Positions 24,865 through 34,621 of a stretch of 64,000 bases of DNA are shown here, in pieces. The DNA is from Candidatus Cloacimonadales bacterium (GTDB lineage: Bacteria; Cloacimonadota; Cloacimonadia; Cloacimonadales; JAIOQZ01). Numbering within the stretch: position 1 is the first letter of the stretch; every line of letters starts with the position of its first letter. Both the position numbers and the translations under genes were made by a program. The stretch lies in assembly GCA_963665815.1 (NCBI GenBank), contig OY762463.1:3808001-3872000 (forward strand), read 5' to 3'. The notes below the pieces were generated by a model. The model saw only the letters and a program-made list of their open reading frames with translations. It ran no database searches and was not told where the DNA came from.

Positions 24865-27800
24865 ATGTGGAAAAAAAGAATAGAGCTCGAAAGGGTTTTA
24901 CGGTTTATTGATGAGTTAAGAGACAAATGTTATTCTGATTGTTCTGAAATGACTGTTGAATATGTTAACAGCAATAAGAAACCTATTGAGTACAATGATT
25001 TACCTAATTATACATTTTCCGGTATAAAGATCGGAGAAAAATGGGCGGAAGTCTGGAATTGTGCCTGGTTCAGAATGAAAGGTATTATTCCGACAGAATT
25101 TTCAGATTGTAAGTATGGAGCGTATATAGATATCACCGGTGAAGGCTGTGTTTATCTTAATGGCAAGCCATATATGGGACTTACTGCCAAGAGTCCAGCC
25201 TACCATCATGAAGGTAAATACTATGTGGATCTGGATTTTCTGAAACCTGGAGAAGAGTTTGAATTACTGGTCGATGCATCAGCAAATGGTCTTTTCGGTA
25301 AGCAGGATACAGAGTTCAAATTGAAGAAAGCTCATGTTGTACTTTTAAATGAGAAGTTCAGAAAATTATATATTGATGTTTTCACTCTTTATCATCTTGC
25401 AAAAAGTCTTGATGAAAATAGTGTCCAGAGGAAAAAGCTGATATATGGTCTAAATGAAGTTTGCAACGTATGGAATGATGGTAAAGGTGTTGACTCTGCT
25501 CTAAAAGTTTCAGCATCATTACTTGATTCAAAAGCAAACCAGAGTGCTCTGGATGTATATTCTGTCGGACATGCTCACCTTGATTTAGCCTGGTTATGGC
25601 CAATAAGAGAAACAAAACGAAAAGCTGTAAGAACGTTTACAACTGCTCTTCGTAATATAGAGAAGTTTCCTGATTATGTTTTTGGGGCATCTCAGCCTCA
25701 AATTTATGAATGGATATTCGAAAATCAATCTCATGTCTTCACCGAAATTCAGGAAGCTGTGAAGAAAGGTCAATGGGAATGTCAGGGTGGCATGTGGGTT
25801 GAACCAGATATGAATATAACGGGTGGAGAATCACTTGTAAGACAGTGCATATATGGTAAACAGTTTTACATGGAGCATTTCAATGTTGATGTAAAAAATC
25901 TGTGGTTACCGGATGTCTTTGGATATTCTGCAGCTTTACCGCAAATTCTCAGGAAATGTGGAATTGATACATTTATGACTCAGAAGATTTCCTGGAACGA
26001 AACAAATGTATTTCCATATCATACCTTTTACTGGAAAGGTATAGACAATACAAGAATACTCACACATTTTCTTCCTACAAATGATTATAATCTTGCCAAT
26101 ATGCCTGATCAACTAATGAAAAGCGCTGAAAGATTTGCGCAGTCAGATGTCTCAAATGAATTTCTCAACCTTTATGGTATTGGAGACGGTGGGGGAGGAC
26201 CTTCCGAACTGCATATTGAGCTTGGTCTCAGACAGAGAGATATGGAAAGTATTCCAAAGTTCAAGTTTGCCAAGGGGCAGGATTTCTTTGATAAGATCCA
26301 TAAAATACCTGAAGAGAAGCTTCCGACGTGGGTTGGAGAATTGTATCTTGAGCTGCATAGAGGAACTTTGACTTCACAAGCATATATGAAGAAACTGAAT
26401 CGAAAACTCGAACTGGTTCTCAGAGATATTGAAATTCTAATGGTTATGTCAGGATATGACAGAAATGTGTTTAAACAGGAAATTGATAGAGTATGGAAAG
26501 ACACTTTGATGAATCAGTTTCATGATATTCTTCCCGGATCATCAATACCTTGGGTTTACAAAGATGCTCATAAGCTTTCAGAGGAGAACCTGCAGAGACT
26601 TGAGAACATAAAAGAAACAATGCTGTTTAATGTAATTGAGAAGAAAAAGAATTCCTGGACAATCATTAATACTCTTAACTGGGAGAGAAAAGATGTTGTT
26701 CAGCTTAAGTGCAGGGATAAAATCTCAGGAATGAATGATGAATATGGTAATGAAATCGAGTTTTATCAGAATGGAGATGACGTAGATTGCTTTGTAAGTA
26801 TTCCTGCCTTATCAGCTGTTTCTGTTTTTGCAATAGAGTCAAAAATCAATAAGGATGAAAACTTCAGGATTATCTGGAATAAAGGAAGTATCGTAACACC
26901 ATTCTACAAAATAGATATTGATGAAAATGGATGCTTGACCTCAATATTTGTCAAAGAGCTTAATAGAGAAATCTTAAAGGGTAAAGCAAATGTGCTGCAA
27001 CTTTGGGAAGACAAGCCTAACAACTGGGATGCCTGGGATGTTAACCACTATTATAGAGGAACAACTCCGGTAAATGCTGTTCTGGAAAACATGGAGATTG
27101 TAAAACATTCAGAAATTTCCATACAGATAAAACAGGAATTCAAAGTAGGACAATCGAGGATTCATCAGATAGTAGAGTTGTTTACACATAAACCTGGTAT
27201 TGTATTCCATAATAAAGTTGATTGGCGAGAAGAAAGGAAGATGCTCAGAGTACAGGCTGTTCCTGATATTCAGGCTGTAAATGCCAGTTATGAAATTCAA
27301 TATGGCACACTTGAGAGACCTGCTCATAATAATACAAGCTGGGATGAAACAAAGTTCGAAGTAACAGGGCATCGTTTTGCTGATTTATCACAGGCTGATA
27401 TGGGATTTGCATTAATAAATGATTGTAAGTACGGACACTATATTAAAGATAACGTTATGGAACTGACATTGTTGAGAAGCCCACAGAATCCGGATCCTCA
27501 TGCAGATATTGGTATTCATCAGTTTTCTTACATGTATTATCCTCATGCAGGTGATCTTAACAGCTCAGATGTCTTCAAAGTTGCGCATAATTTTAATTCA
27601 GCATTAATTGTTGCTGAAGGTATTCCCGAAAAGAATGATTCTCTGAAATCATTGATTTCATTAGATTCGGATAATGTAAAAGTTGAAGTTATAAAGTATG
27701 CTGAGAGCAATAGTGACATTATTATCAGGATGTATGAATTTAAAGGAACTCCGGTTAATGCAGAAATGGATATCAAGATTCCTTATAGTAAAATTGTTGA

Positions 27801-27903
27801 AACTGATATGATGGAAAATGAACTGGATAATCAGGAACTATTAGATCTGAAACAATTGGAATTCAGAAAATTTGAAATAAAAACGTTCAGAATCAGTATA
27901 TGA
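24865..27903 (+). CDS. Alpha-mannosidase, glycoside hydrolase family 38
   Basis: GHAHLDLAWLW, WLPDVFGYS, GDGGGG, ELYLELHRG, QFHDILPGS. Confidence 0.95.
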   Translation: MWKKRIELERVLRFIDELRDKCYSDCSEMTVEYVNSNKKPIEYNDLPNYTFSGIKIGEKWAEVWNCAWFRMKGIIPTEFSDCKYGAYIDITGEGCVYLNGKPYMGLTAKSPAYHHEGKYYVDLDFLKPGEEFELLVDASANGLFGKQDTEFKLKKAHVVLLNEKFRKLYIDVFTLYHLAKSLDENSVQRKKLIYGLNEVCNVWNDGKGVDSALKVSASLLDSKANQSALDVYSVGHAHLDLAWLWPIRETKRKAVRTFTTALRNIEKFPDYVFGASQPQIYEWIFENQSHVFTEIQEAVKKGQWECQGGMWVEPDMNITGGESLVRQCIYGKQFYMEHFNVDVKNLWLPDVFGYSAALPQILRKCGIDTFMTQKISWNETNVFPYHTFYWKGIDNTRILTHFLPTNDYNLANMPDQLMKSAERFAQSDVSNEFLNLYGIGDGGGGPSELHIELGLRQRDMESIPKFKFAKGQDFFDKIHKIPEEKLPTWVGELYLELHRGTLTSQAYMKKLNRKLELVLRDIEILMVMSGYDRNVFKQEIDRVWKDTLMNQFHDILPGSSIPWVYKDAHKLSEENLQRLENIKETMLFNVIEKKKNSWTIINTLNWERKDVVQLKCRDKISGMNDEYGNEIEFYQNGDDVDCFVSIPALSAVSVFAIESKINKDENFRIIWNKGSIVTPFYKIDIDENGCLTSIFVKELNREILKGKANVLQLWEDKPNNWDAWDVNHYYRGTTPVNAVLENMEIVKHSEISIQIKQEFKVGQSRIHQIVELFTHKPGIVFHNKVDWREERKMLRVQAVPDIQAVNASYEIQYGTLERPAHNNTSWDETKFEVTGHRFADLSQADMGFALINDCKYGHYIKDNVMELTLLRSPQNPDPHADIGIHQFSYMYYPHAGDLNSSDVFKVAHNFNSALIVAEGIPEKNDSLKSLISLDSDNVKVEVIKYAESNSDIIIRMYEFKGTPVNAEMDIKIPYSKIVETDMMENELDNQELLDLKQLEFRKFEIKTFRISI

Positions 27904-27923
27904 TCAGATAGAAATTAATAAGT

Positions 27924-27948
27924 AAAGACCGATTAAGATCGGTCTTTT
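27924..27948. terminator. Bidirectional terminator
   Basis: AAAGACCGAT-taag-ATCGGTCTTTT between convergent genes. Confidence 0.8.
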
Positions 27949-30666
27949 CTATTTTGCGATCGGTAGTTTAATTATCAGCTTCATACCATTGGTTTCTGAA
28001 GGTTCCGCAGAGATAATTCCATGATGGGCTTTAGTAATTATAAAATAACTGACAGATAGTCCAAGCCCTGTCCCAACTCCAATATCCTTTGTAGTAAAGA
28101 ATGGTTCAAATATTTTGTTAGGTTTGTCCGTATGAATACCAGGTCCATTGTCGGATATCTCGGTGACAACATGATTTTTAGATTCATAAGTTTTAATAAC
28201 AATTTCCGGATCAGAAATATTTGATTCAGATAGGTAGATTGCCTGAGCAGCATTTTTAAGGATATTGAAGAAAACCTGCTCTATTTCTGAAAAATCGACA
28301 TAAACATTACTGATTGATTCATCATAATCTCTAATGATATTTATATGTCTGAAATCATATGATTTACTAATGTCGAAGTCATTTTTTACAATTTTTATAG
28401 CGGATTCAATTATTTTGTTTACAGATAATTCCTCAAAGTCTGAATTACTTTTCCTACTGAAATTCATCAGATTAGCTACAATTTTAGATGCTTTTGATGC
28501 TGCATCACTTATACCTGACAAATAATTATAGATATGTCTTTTCTCGAAGTAACTGGAAAGGGCTTCCAGATCTATTCCTGTTTCTTCAGCTGCTTTTTTA
28601 TTCATAGGAAGGTCTTTGGAAATTCTTCTCAAAGTATTTTGAATACCGGACATTATTGAACCGAGTGGATTGTTTATTTCGTGTGCCATACCGGCGGCTA
28701 ATTCACCAATACTGGACATTTTTTCAGATTGAATTAGTTTTCTTTCGAAAAATACTTTGTCTGTTATATCGTCAATTCTAATGACAGCAGAATCTCTATT
28801 TTCGTGCGATATAGGGTATAGAAGTATATTAACGAATCTCTCATTATTATCTTGAAGAAAATATACTTCATTAAGTACCAGCTTTTCTTTGTTTTCTACA
28901 CAGTTCTTAATCTGGCTTTCGTAAGGTTTCAGAAATGTAAATGTTGTAAAAACATTCAGAAGGAGCATGTGTCCCATGGGATTTGCGCAATATGATTTTG
29001 CCAGATGGTTTAACCTTGTAATTTTGTATTCTGTATCAATACCAATTATTGCTGAAGGCATAGAATTAACAAGAGCATTAAGGTATTGCTGTGTTTGACG
29101 GAGTATTTGCTGAGAGTGTTTCTGAAGTGTGACATTGGAAAAAAATGATATGTATCTGTTTTCATTAATTTGAACTCCACTGAAACTTACCCAGACTCTG
29201 ATTCCATTCCTTCTGATCAGCTCAATTTCATCGCTCAGATATCCGGTTTGCTTCATTTGGACAATCAAAGAATGCAGCTTTTCAATATGCTCTTTGGCAG
29301 TAATGTCACGAATTGTTCTGGCTTTCAATTCTTCTCTTGTGTAACTCAGTAAGTACTCAGCGGCTCGATTAGTCTCAAAAATTTTTCCTTTTTCGTCAAA
29401 GGCTATAAAACCCTCAGGTGAGTTTTCAATGTAGTCTCTGTATCTTTTCTCATTAAGCAGTAATTCCTGCTCTATTTTTTTTCTTCTTGTAATATCTGTT
29501 ATAAAACAAAGAATTGCCGGTTCTGATTTCCATGATATTTTTGTAAGATTAACAATACCCCATTTTAGACTACCATTCTTCTTTATTATTCTGCAGTCAT
29601 TTGCTGATATAGGATATCCCTCAAGTCGAAGCACTAAATTTGTTTTCAGAAGTTCTCTATCATGTTCATGGAAAATTGAGCTGAACACAATATTGTTAAT
29701 CTCATTTTCATTATAACCGGTAAGAACAGTTGCCGAAGGATTTGAGTACACGCATTTATCATCACAAATGACGAAAATTGCTTCGATTGCATGATTGATA
29801 AAAGATCTGTATTTAGCTTCGCTGGTAATCAATTCCTGTTCGTATTTTTTTCTGTCTGTTATATCTGTAATAAAGCAGATTGCAGCAATATCATTTTTCC
29901 ATTCTATGTTGGCTGCACTGATCAAGCCCCACCTTACTTCTCCATTTTTTCTGACAAACCTGAAATCATATGGAGGTACTTCTATACCAGAAAGCCGTTT
30001 CTCATGATTTTCAACAATCATTGGTACATCTTCAGGATATATAAAATCAGTGAACTTTTTGTTCAAAAGATCATCAATAGAGTACCCACCTAAGTCTACT
30101 GCTGATTTATTCAGAAATACAAAACTATTATTCTGGATAATCATGATGGTTTCGTGTACATTATCAATAACTGACTTATATAGGAAGCTCTGCTCCCGAG
30201 TAATTTCACTTTCCTGAGAATCATATTTTCTCAATCTGTCTGAAAGTGTATTACAGATATCCTTGATAATTATTTTCATAAATTGATCAAACTTTTTAAC
30301 ATCAATTTCCTCTGATAAAAGTATAATATCAATACTGCCGGAATCGAAATCATTTAGCTTGAAGCTATACCTTAATTTTTCAGATTTTAATGATGAAGGG
30401 TTTGGGGATTTAGAGTTCTGTATTTCATTATAGGTTTTACCTTTGATAGAAAATTCAACAGTCGTCGATTGAATGTAGCTCTGGGAATAAATTGCATTAC
30501 ACAAAGCTTTAGGGATGCATTCAATATTATGCTCTTTGATCAGTAATCTGTATATACAGCAACTTAAATTTGTCACAGAGTTCCCCTGAAAATCGCTTAA
30601 GATATTTTGAGTGCCTTTCTCAGACTCATCATTACACAATTTGCTTCCTTTTTTTATATTTACCAT
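27949..30666 (-). CDS. Cytoplasmic multi-PAS sensor histidine kinase
   Basis: About four PAS/PAC repeats (DITDRKKYEQEL), H-box AHEINNPL, N-box NILKNAAQA, DNGPG, FEPFFTTK, GTGLGL. Confidence 0.93.
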   Translation of the reverse strand: MVNIKKGSKLCNDESEKGTQNILSDFQGNSVTNLSCCIYRLLIKEHNIECIPKALCNAIYSQSYIQSTTVEFSIKGKTYNEIQNSKSPNPSSLKSEKLRYSFKLNDFDSGSIDIILLSEEIDVKKFDQFMKIIIKDICNTLSDRLRKYDSQESEITREQSFLYKSVIDNVHETIMIIQNNSFVFLNKSAVDLGGYSIDDLLNKKFTDFIYPEDVPMIVENHEKRLSGIEVPPYDFRFVRKNGEVRWGLISAANIEWKNDIAAICFITDITDRKKYEQELITSEAKYRSFINHAIEAIFVICDDKCVYSNPSATVLTGYNENEINNIVFSSIFHEHDRELLKTNLVLRLEGYPISANDCRIIKKNGSLKWGIVNLTKISWKSEPAILCFITDITRRKKIEQELLLNEKRYRDYIENSPEGFIAFDEKGKIFETNRAAEYLLSYTREELKARTIRDITAKEHIEKLHSLIVQMKQTGYLSDEIELIRRNGIRVWVSFSGVQINENRYISFFSNVTLQKHSQQILRQTQQYLNALVNSMPSAIIGIDTEYKITRLNHLAKSYCANPMGHMLLLNVFTTFTFLKPYESQIKNCVENKEKLVLNEVYFLQDNNERFVNILLYPISHENRDSAVIRIDDITDKVFFERKLIQSEKMSSIGELAAGMAHEINNPLGSIMSGIQNTLRRISKDLPMNKKAAEETGIDLEALSSYFEKRHIYNYLSGISDAASKASKIVANLMNFSRKSNSDFEELSVNKIIESAIKIVKNDFDISKSYDFRHINIIRDYDESISNVYVDFSEIEQVFFNILKNAAQAIYLSESNISDPEIVIKTYESKNHVVTEISDNGPGIHTDKPNKIFEPFFTTKDIGVGTGLGLSVSYFIITKAHHGIISAEPSETNGMKLIIKLPIAK

Positions 30667-30811
30667 AAATTTCTTCTGTAATATGTATTTCTATACTATT
30701 AATATAATTAGAATAATCTCAATTTCATACTTTTTTTTATAAAAAACAAAAAAAATCTTACATACTCTAATTTTTACAAATATCTTGATATTTATCTTCA
30801 TTTAATATCTA

Positions 30812-31573
30812 ATGCCTCTCATGAATAATAAACTTGAAAAGATAAAAACTAAGCTCAAAATGTTTACTGGTTGGGATTTCTCAGATATTACATCTGATAA
30901 GTCTATGGAGTCAGATGTTCTGTCATGGAGTTACATGGATATTGTACGGCAATTCGTTAAGCAATCATCTGCCATGTTAGACTTAGGTACAGGTGGGGGA
31001 GAGTTTCTTTTAAGCCTGAGTGAGCAGCCTGAGATTACTTGTGCAACAGAAGGCTATAGACCAAACTATGAATTAGCACTGACGAATCTTAAACCCCGGG
31101 GAATTGATGTACGGTTTATTTCAGATGATCTGATACCTTTTGACGATGAATCTTTTGATCTGATTATTAACAGGCATGAATCCTATAATCCTCAGGAAGT
31201 ATTCAGAGTTTTGAAATCGGGTGGAGTGTATATTACACAGCAGGTTGGTGGACTGAATGATAAAGAACTGAACATTGATCTTGGAGCACCGGAATCAGAG
31301 TTTTCTTTCTGGAATCTTGATTCCGCATGCAGTCAGCTTGAGGAGTTCTTCAAAATTAATGATAGAAAAGAGGAACTCGTCAGGACTCACTTCAGATCAA
31401 TAGAGGCAGTGTGTTTCTATTTGAATGCTGTTCCATGGCAGATCAGGGACTTTAGTATAGAAAAATATGAATCAGAACTTCTTAATATTGACAAAAGAAT
31501 AGAGAATGATGGAAAATATTCAGTAACGTGTCACAGATTTTTAATACAAGCTGTAAAAAGGGAGGAAAAATGA
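30812..31573 (+). CDS. Class I SAM-dependent methyltransferase
   Basis: LDLGTGGGE, FDLIINRHE, RVLKSGG. Confidence 0.88.
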   Translation: MPLMNNKLEKIKTKLKMFTGWDFSDITSDKSMESDVLSWSYMDIVRQFVKQSSAMLDLGTGGGEFLLSLSEQPEITCATEGYRPNYELALTNLKPRGIDVRFISDDLIPFDDESFDLIINRHESYNPQEVFRVLKSGGVYITQQVGGLNDKELNIDLGAPESEFSFWNLDSACSQLEEFFKINDRKEELVRTHFRSIEAVCFYLNAVPWQIRDFSIEKYESELLNIDKRIENDGKYSVTCHRFLIQAVKREEK

Positions 31574-32535
31574 TAAGATTACTAATTGTTTTATTGATTG
31601 TTTCAGGATGCGGAATTATTGGTTGTGACAGGAAAGTTGAAAGCAAAGCAGGTAAACTGTCTGTAATTGATAGTCTGGGCTGGCAGGAAGATGAAAACTA
31701 TAATTTCGGTGGACTTGTTTACACTGCGATTAAGGATAATGAACTCTTTGTTGCAGATCCGAGTGCTTGTGAGATCAGGATTTATGATTTCGAAACTATG
31801 AAGTTTGATAGAAAATTCGGTGTAAAAGGACATGGCCCCGGAGAACTTAATTTTATTGGTCCATTTACTATTAGTGAAAGTGGTGATATTATTGTACCGG
31901 ATCCTTCATCCCTGACAATTACGATCTTCGATAAATCAGGTCAGTACAAGGAGACATTAAAAACGGACTTTCCTAACTCAGTAAAATTCTTTAATGATAA
32001 GATGTATGTAATGGAATACTCCACAAAACCTCAATGCTGTATAAAGACGATTGAAGACGGAAACGAAGTAAAAATACTGGAACTTGATTCTCTTTTTACA
32101 AAAAGTAATCTGGAAACAGATTCCAGAAACTATGATTATACATGTAGGGGAGAAAGTGAGTTTGCTGTTCTGTATTTCATGGGAGATAGATTTTTTGATT
32201 TAAAAAAACAGAAAGAAATAAGTTTCCCCAATGACGGAAACGGTAAGTATTTTGTAGCCGGCAGTTTTATTGAAAACGGTGACTCATTTTATATATTGCA
32301 GGCTACTATGGAGAATCCTGAAGCCGGTATGGAATGTGAAACCGCAAAGGATTATAAAATAGCAACCGGAACAAAAGATTTCATTTACGAGTATGATTAC
32401 GAAAGTAACTTGATGAAAACAATCAAACTGCCGAATGATGTACTTTTTTTTCCACAATCTCTGACCGTGGCAAATGGTTACGTAGTAGCTCAGGATGTAT
32501 ATACAGGTAATGTATACAAATACAAGATGATGTAA
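31570..32535 (+). CDS. Lipoprotein, 6-bladed (NHL-like) beta-propeller
   Basis: GGAGG SD and ATG at 31570; signal peptide with Cys; LFVAD, FGVKGHGPGEL motif. Confidence 0.75.
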   Translation: MIRLLIVLLIVSGCGIIGCDRKVESKAGKLSVIDSLGWQEDENYNFGGLVYTAIKDNELFVADPSACEIRIYDFETMKFDRKFGVKGHGPGELNFIGPFTISESGDIIVPDPSSLTITIFDKSGQYKETLKTDFPNSVKFFNDKMYVMEYSTKPQCCIKTIEDGNEVKILELDSLFTKSNLETDSRNYDYTCRGESEFAVLYFMGDRFFDLKKQKEISFPNDGNGKYFVAGSFIENGDSFYILQATMENPEAGMECETAKDYKIATGTKDFIYEYDYESNLMKTIKLPNDVLFFPQSLTVANGYVVAQDVYTGNVYKYKMM

Positions 32536-33578
32536 TGAAAAACACATTTCTGTTTGTCAGTGATACTCATCTCGGTTTTGATTATCCTGTTCGTCCTCGC
32601 ATAGTTAGACGACGCAGAGGATATGATGCTTTTCGCCAGTTCAGGGATGTACTTGACTATGCCGTAGAAAACAGTATTAGTCATGTTCTGCATGGGGGGG
32701 ACCTCTTTTTCAGGAGTAAGGTTCCTGTTTTGATCATTGATAAAGTATATGAGCTTCTGAATGAGTATGCCGAAAAGGGGCTTGTGTTTTATATAGTACC
32801 GGGGAATCATGAGCGATCTGTATTACCGGATAGCACATTTCCTCTTCATGGAAATATTAATGTTTTCGATGAACATAAAACATATCCTGTGAAACTTAAT
32901 GATTGCAATATCAGTGTTTCAGGTTTTCCATATCAAAAGAATATTGAGAATACATTCAGAGATAATCTGAGAAAAACAAACCATAAACATTACAGAAATA
33001 CTTTCAGTGTAGTTCTTGTTCATCAGGCAATAGCAGGGACCGTTGTAGGAGTGCAGAATTACATGTTCAGAAAAGGACCGGAAGTTATTCAGCACAGGGA
33101 GATTCCTGCTGATATAGATATGCTGTTATCAGGTCATATTCACAGACAGCAGGCTAGTGTTATCAATGGAGTTCATGTTCTTTTGAGTGGATCCACCATT
33201 AAAACATCTTTTGCTGAAATGTACGAAAGAAAAGGCTTTTATCGGATTACTCTTAGAATTGATAACAGAAAAATTGTACCTGAGATGAAGTTTATTGAAT
33301 TGAAAACCAGAAAGATGCACAGGATTGTCTTATTACCTGATGATTTCAATTCCTGTGAATCTGTTAACAATGTGCTGATAAAGAAGATTAACAGATTAGA
33401 AAATGATTCAATAATACAAATTTGCTTTGACAAAACAATTTCAGTTGATAGATTTTCAGATATAGATGTTCAAAAAATTCGAGATAATTGTTCCAGTGAG
33501 TTAAACATTGAATATCAGAGTAGAATATGGAAAAGGAGCCGGGATGAGAAAGACCAGAATACTAAAAGAAATACCTGA
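32535..33578 (+). CDS. Calcineurin-like metallophosphoesterase, SbcD/Mre11-like nuclease
   Basis: SDTHLG, GGDLF, PGNHE, SGHIH, SFAE..KGF motifs. Confidence 0.85.
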   Translation: MKNTFLFVSDTHLGFDYPVRPRIVRRRRGYDAFRQFRDVLDYAVENSISHVLHGGDLFFRSKVPVLIIDKVYELLNEYAEKGLVFYIVPGNHERSVLPDSTFPLHGNINVFDEHKTYPVKLNDCNISVSGFPYQKNIENTFRDNLRKTNHKHYRNTFSVVLVHQAIAGTVVGVQNYMFRKGPEVIQHREIPADIDMLLSGHIHRQQASVINGVHVLLSGSTIKTSFAEMYERKGFYRITLRIDNRKIVPEMKFIELKTRKMHRIVLLPDDFNSCESVNNVLIKKINRLENDSIIQICFDKTISVDRFSDIDVQKIRDNCSSELNIEYQSRIWKRSRDEKDQNTKRNT

Positions 33579-34554
33579 AAAATGTGGAGTCTATTATTTT
33601 AAAGATAAAACAGGACAAATCATTTATATAGGGAAATCAGTAAATCTTAAATCCAGAGTGGCTTCTTATTTTAATGGCAGCTCACACAAGAGTGGAATGG
33701 AAAAACATATTGCAGAGATAGAATACATCATATGTAAATCAGACATTTTTGCTTTGTTGCTGGAAGACTTATCCATAAAAATCTATAAACCTCATTTTAA
33801 CGTCAGATTGAGACGTTACAGCAACAGTATGAAGTTGTGTCTGACCGGAGATGAGTTTTCTGCATTAGTTGTTGAAGATGTTGAGTCTGATTCGGATAAT
33901 GAAGTTCTGATGGTACTACCAAGTAAGTATTTTGCTCAGGAATTCATAGAGAAGGCAGCTGGAATATTTAAGCTCAGAACATGTACGGGTAGTAATCCTG
34001 TTGGGCAATGTATTCAATATACTTTTGGTCGTTGTCTTGCACCATGCAGAAAACTTGTTACAGCAAAAAAGTATGATAAAGCTGTAGAAGTATTCAGACA
34101 ATTCATTCAGGGTGATTGTCAGACTGTTATCTCGAAGTTACAGAAAGATATGAGAGGTTTTGCGGACAGGATGGAGTTTGAGGATGCAATTGAGACTAAG
34201 GAGAAAATTAGTTTTCTGCAAAGGCAGTCTGAACGCTTCAGTATGTACTGTAAATTCAGGAACTCACTTTTGAGTTTCAGTGACGGAAAGCATGAGTATT
34301 GGTTTTATAAGGAGAATCTTGTAGCAATTCGATCTGCGAAAAGGAAAAACAAAGCTGCAATTGATACAGAGCTTATTAAGAAGAAAAGAGATAAGGTTAT
34401 GCTTGAGTTCAGAAAGAAATATAAAGATGTTTCTCATTCACAGTTTGATAAGAACAGGCAGTATTACCTGTTTGATCGATTCAATGTTTTGTATCCATAT
34501 CTGAAGAAAAGCAGTAAATCCTCTGATAAAAAGAGTGAGATAATCATAAGATAA
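33544..34554 (+). CDS. GIY-YIG nuclease with UVR domain (UvrC N-terminal/Cho-like)
   Basis: GVYYF..IIYIGKSVNLKSRVASYF, PHFN, Cys cluster C..C..CLAPC, MRGFADRMEFEDA; no RNase H-like or HhH domains. Confidence 0.85.
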   Translation: MRKTRILKEIPEKCGVYYFKDKTGQIIYIGKSVNLKSRVASYFNGSSHKSGMEKHIAEIEYIICKSDIFALLLEDLSIKIYKPHFNVRLRRYSNSMKLCLTGDEFSALVVEDVESDSDNEVLMVLPSKYFAQEFIEKAAGIFKLRTCTGSNPVGQCIQYTFGRCLAPCRKLVTAKKYDKAVEVFRQFIQGDCQTVISKLQKDMRGFADRMEFEDAIETKEKISFLQRQSERFSMYCKFRNSLLSFSDGKHEYWFYKENLVAIRSAKRKNKAAIDTELIKKKRDKVMLEFRKKYKDVSHSQFDKNRQYYLFDRFNVLYPYLKKSSKSSDKKSEIIIR

Positions 34555-34578
34555 ATTTTGCTTATGGTATTAAGCAAA

Positions 34579-34601
34579 GGCTGCCGATATTCTCAGCAGC
34601 C
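34579..34601. terminator. Hairpin between convergent genes
   Basis: GGCTGC...GCAGCC stem. Confidence 0.5.
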
Positions 34602-34621
34602 AGTATATATATTATTTATAA

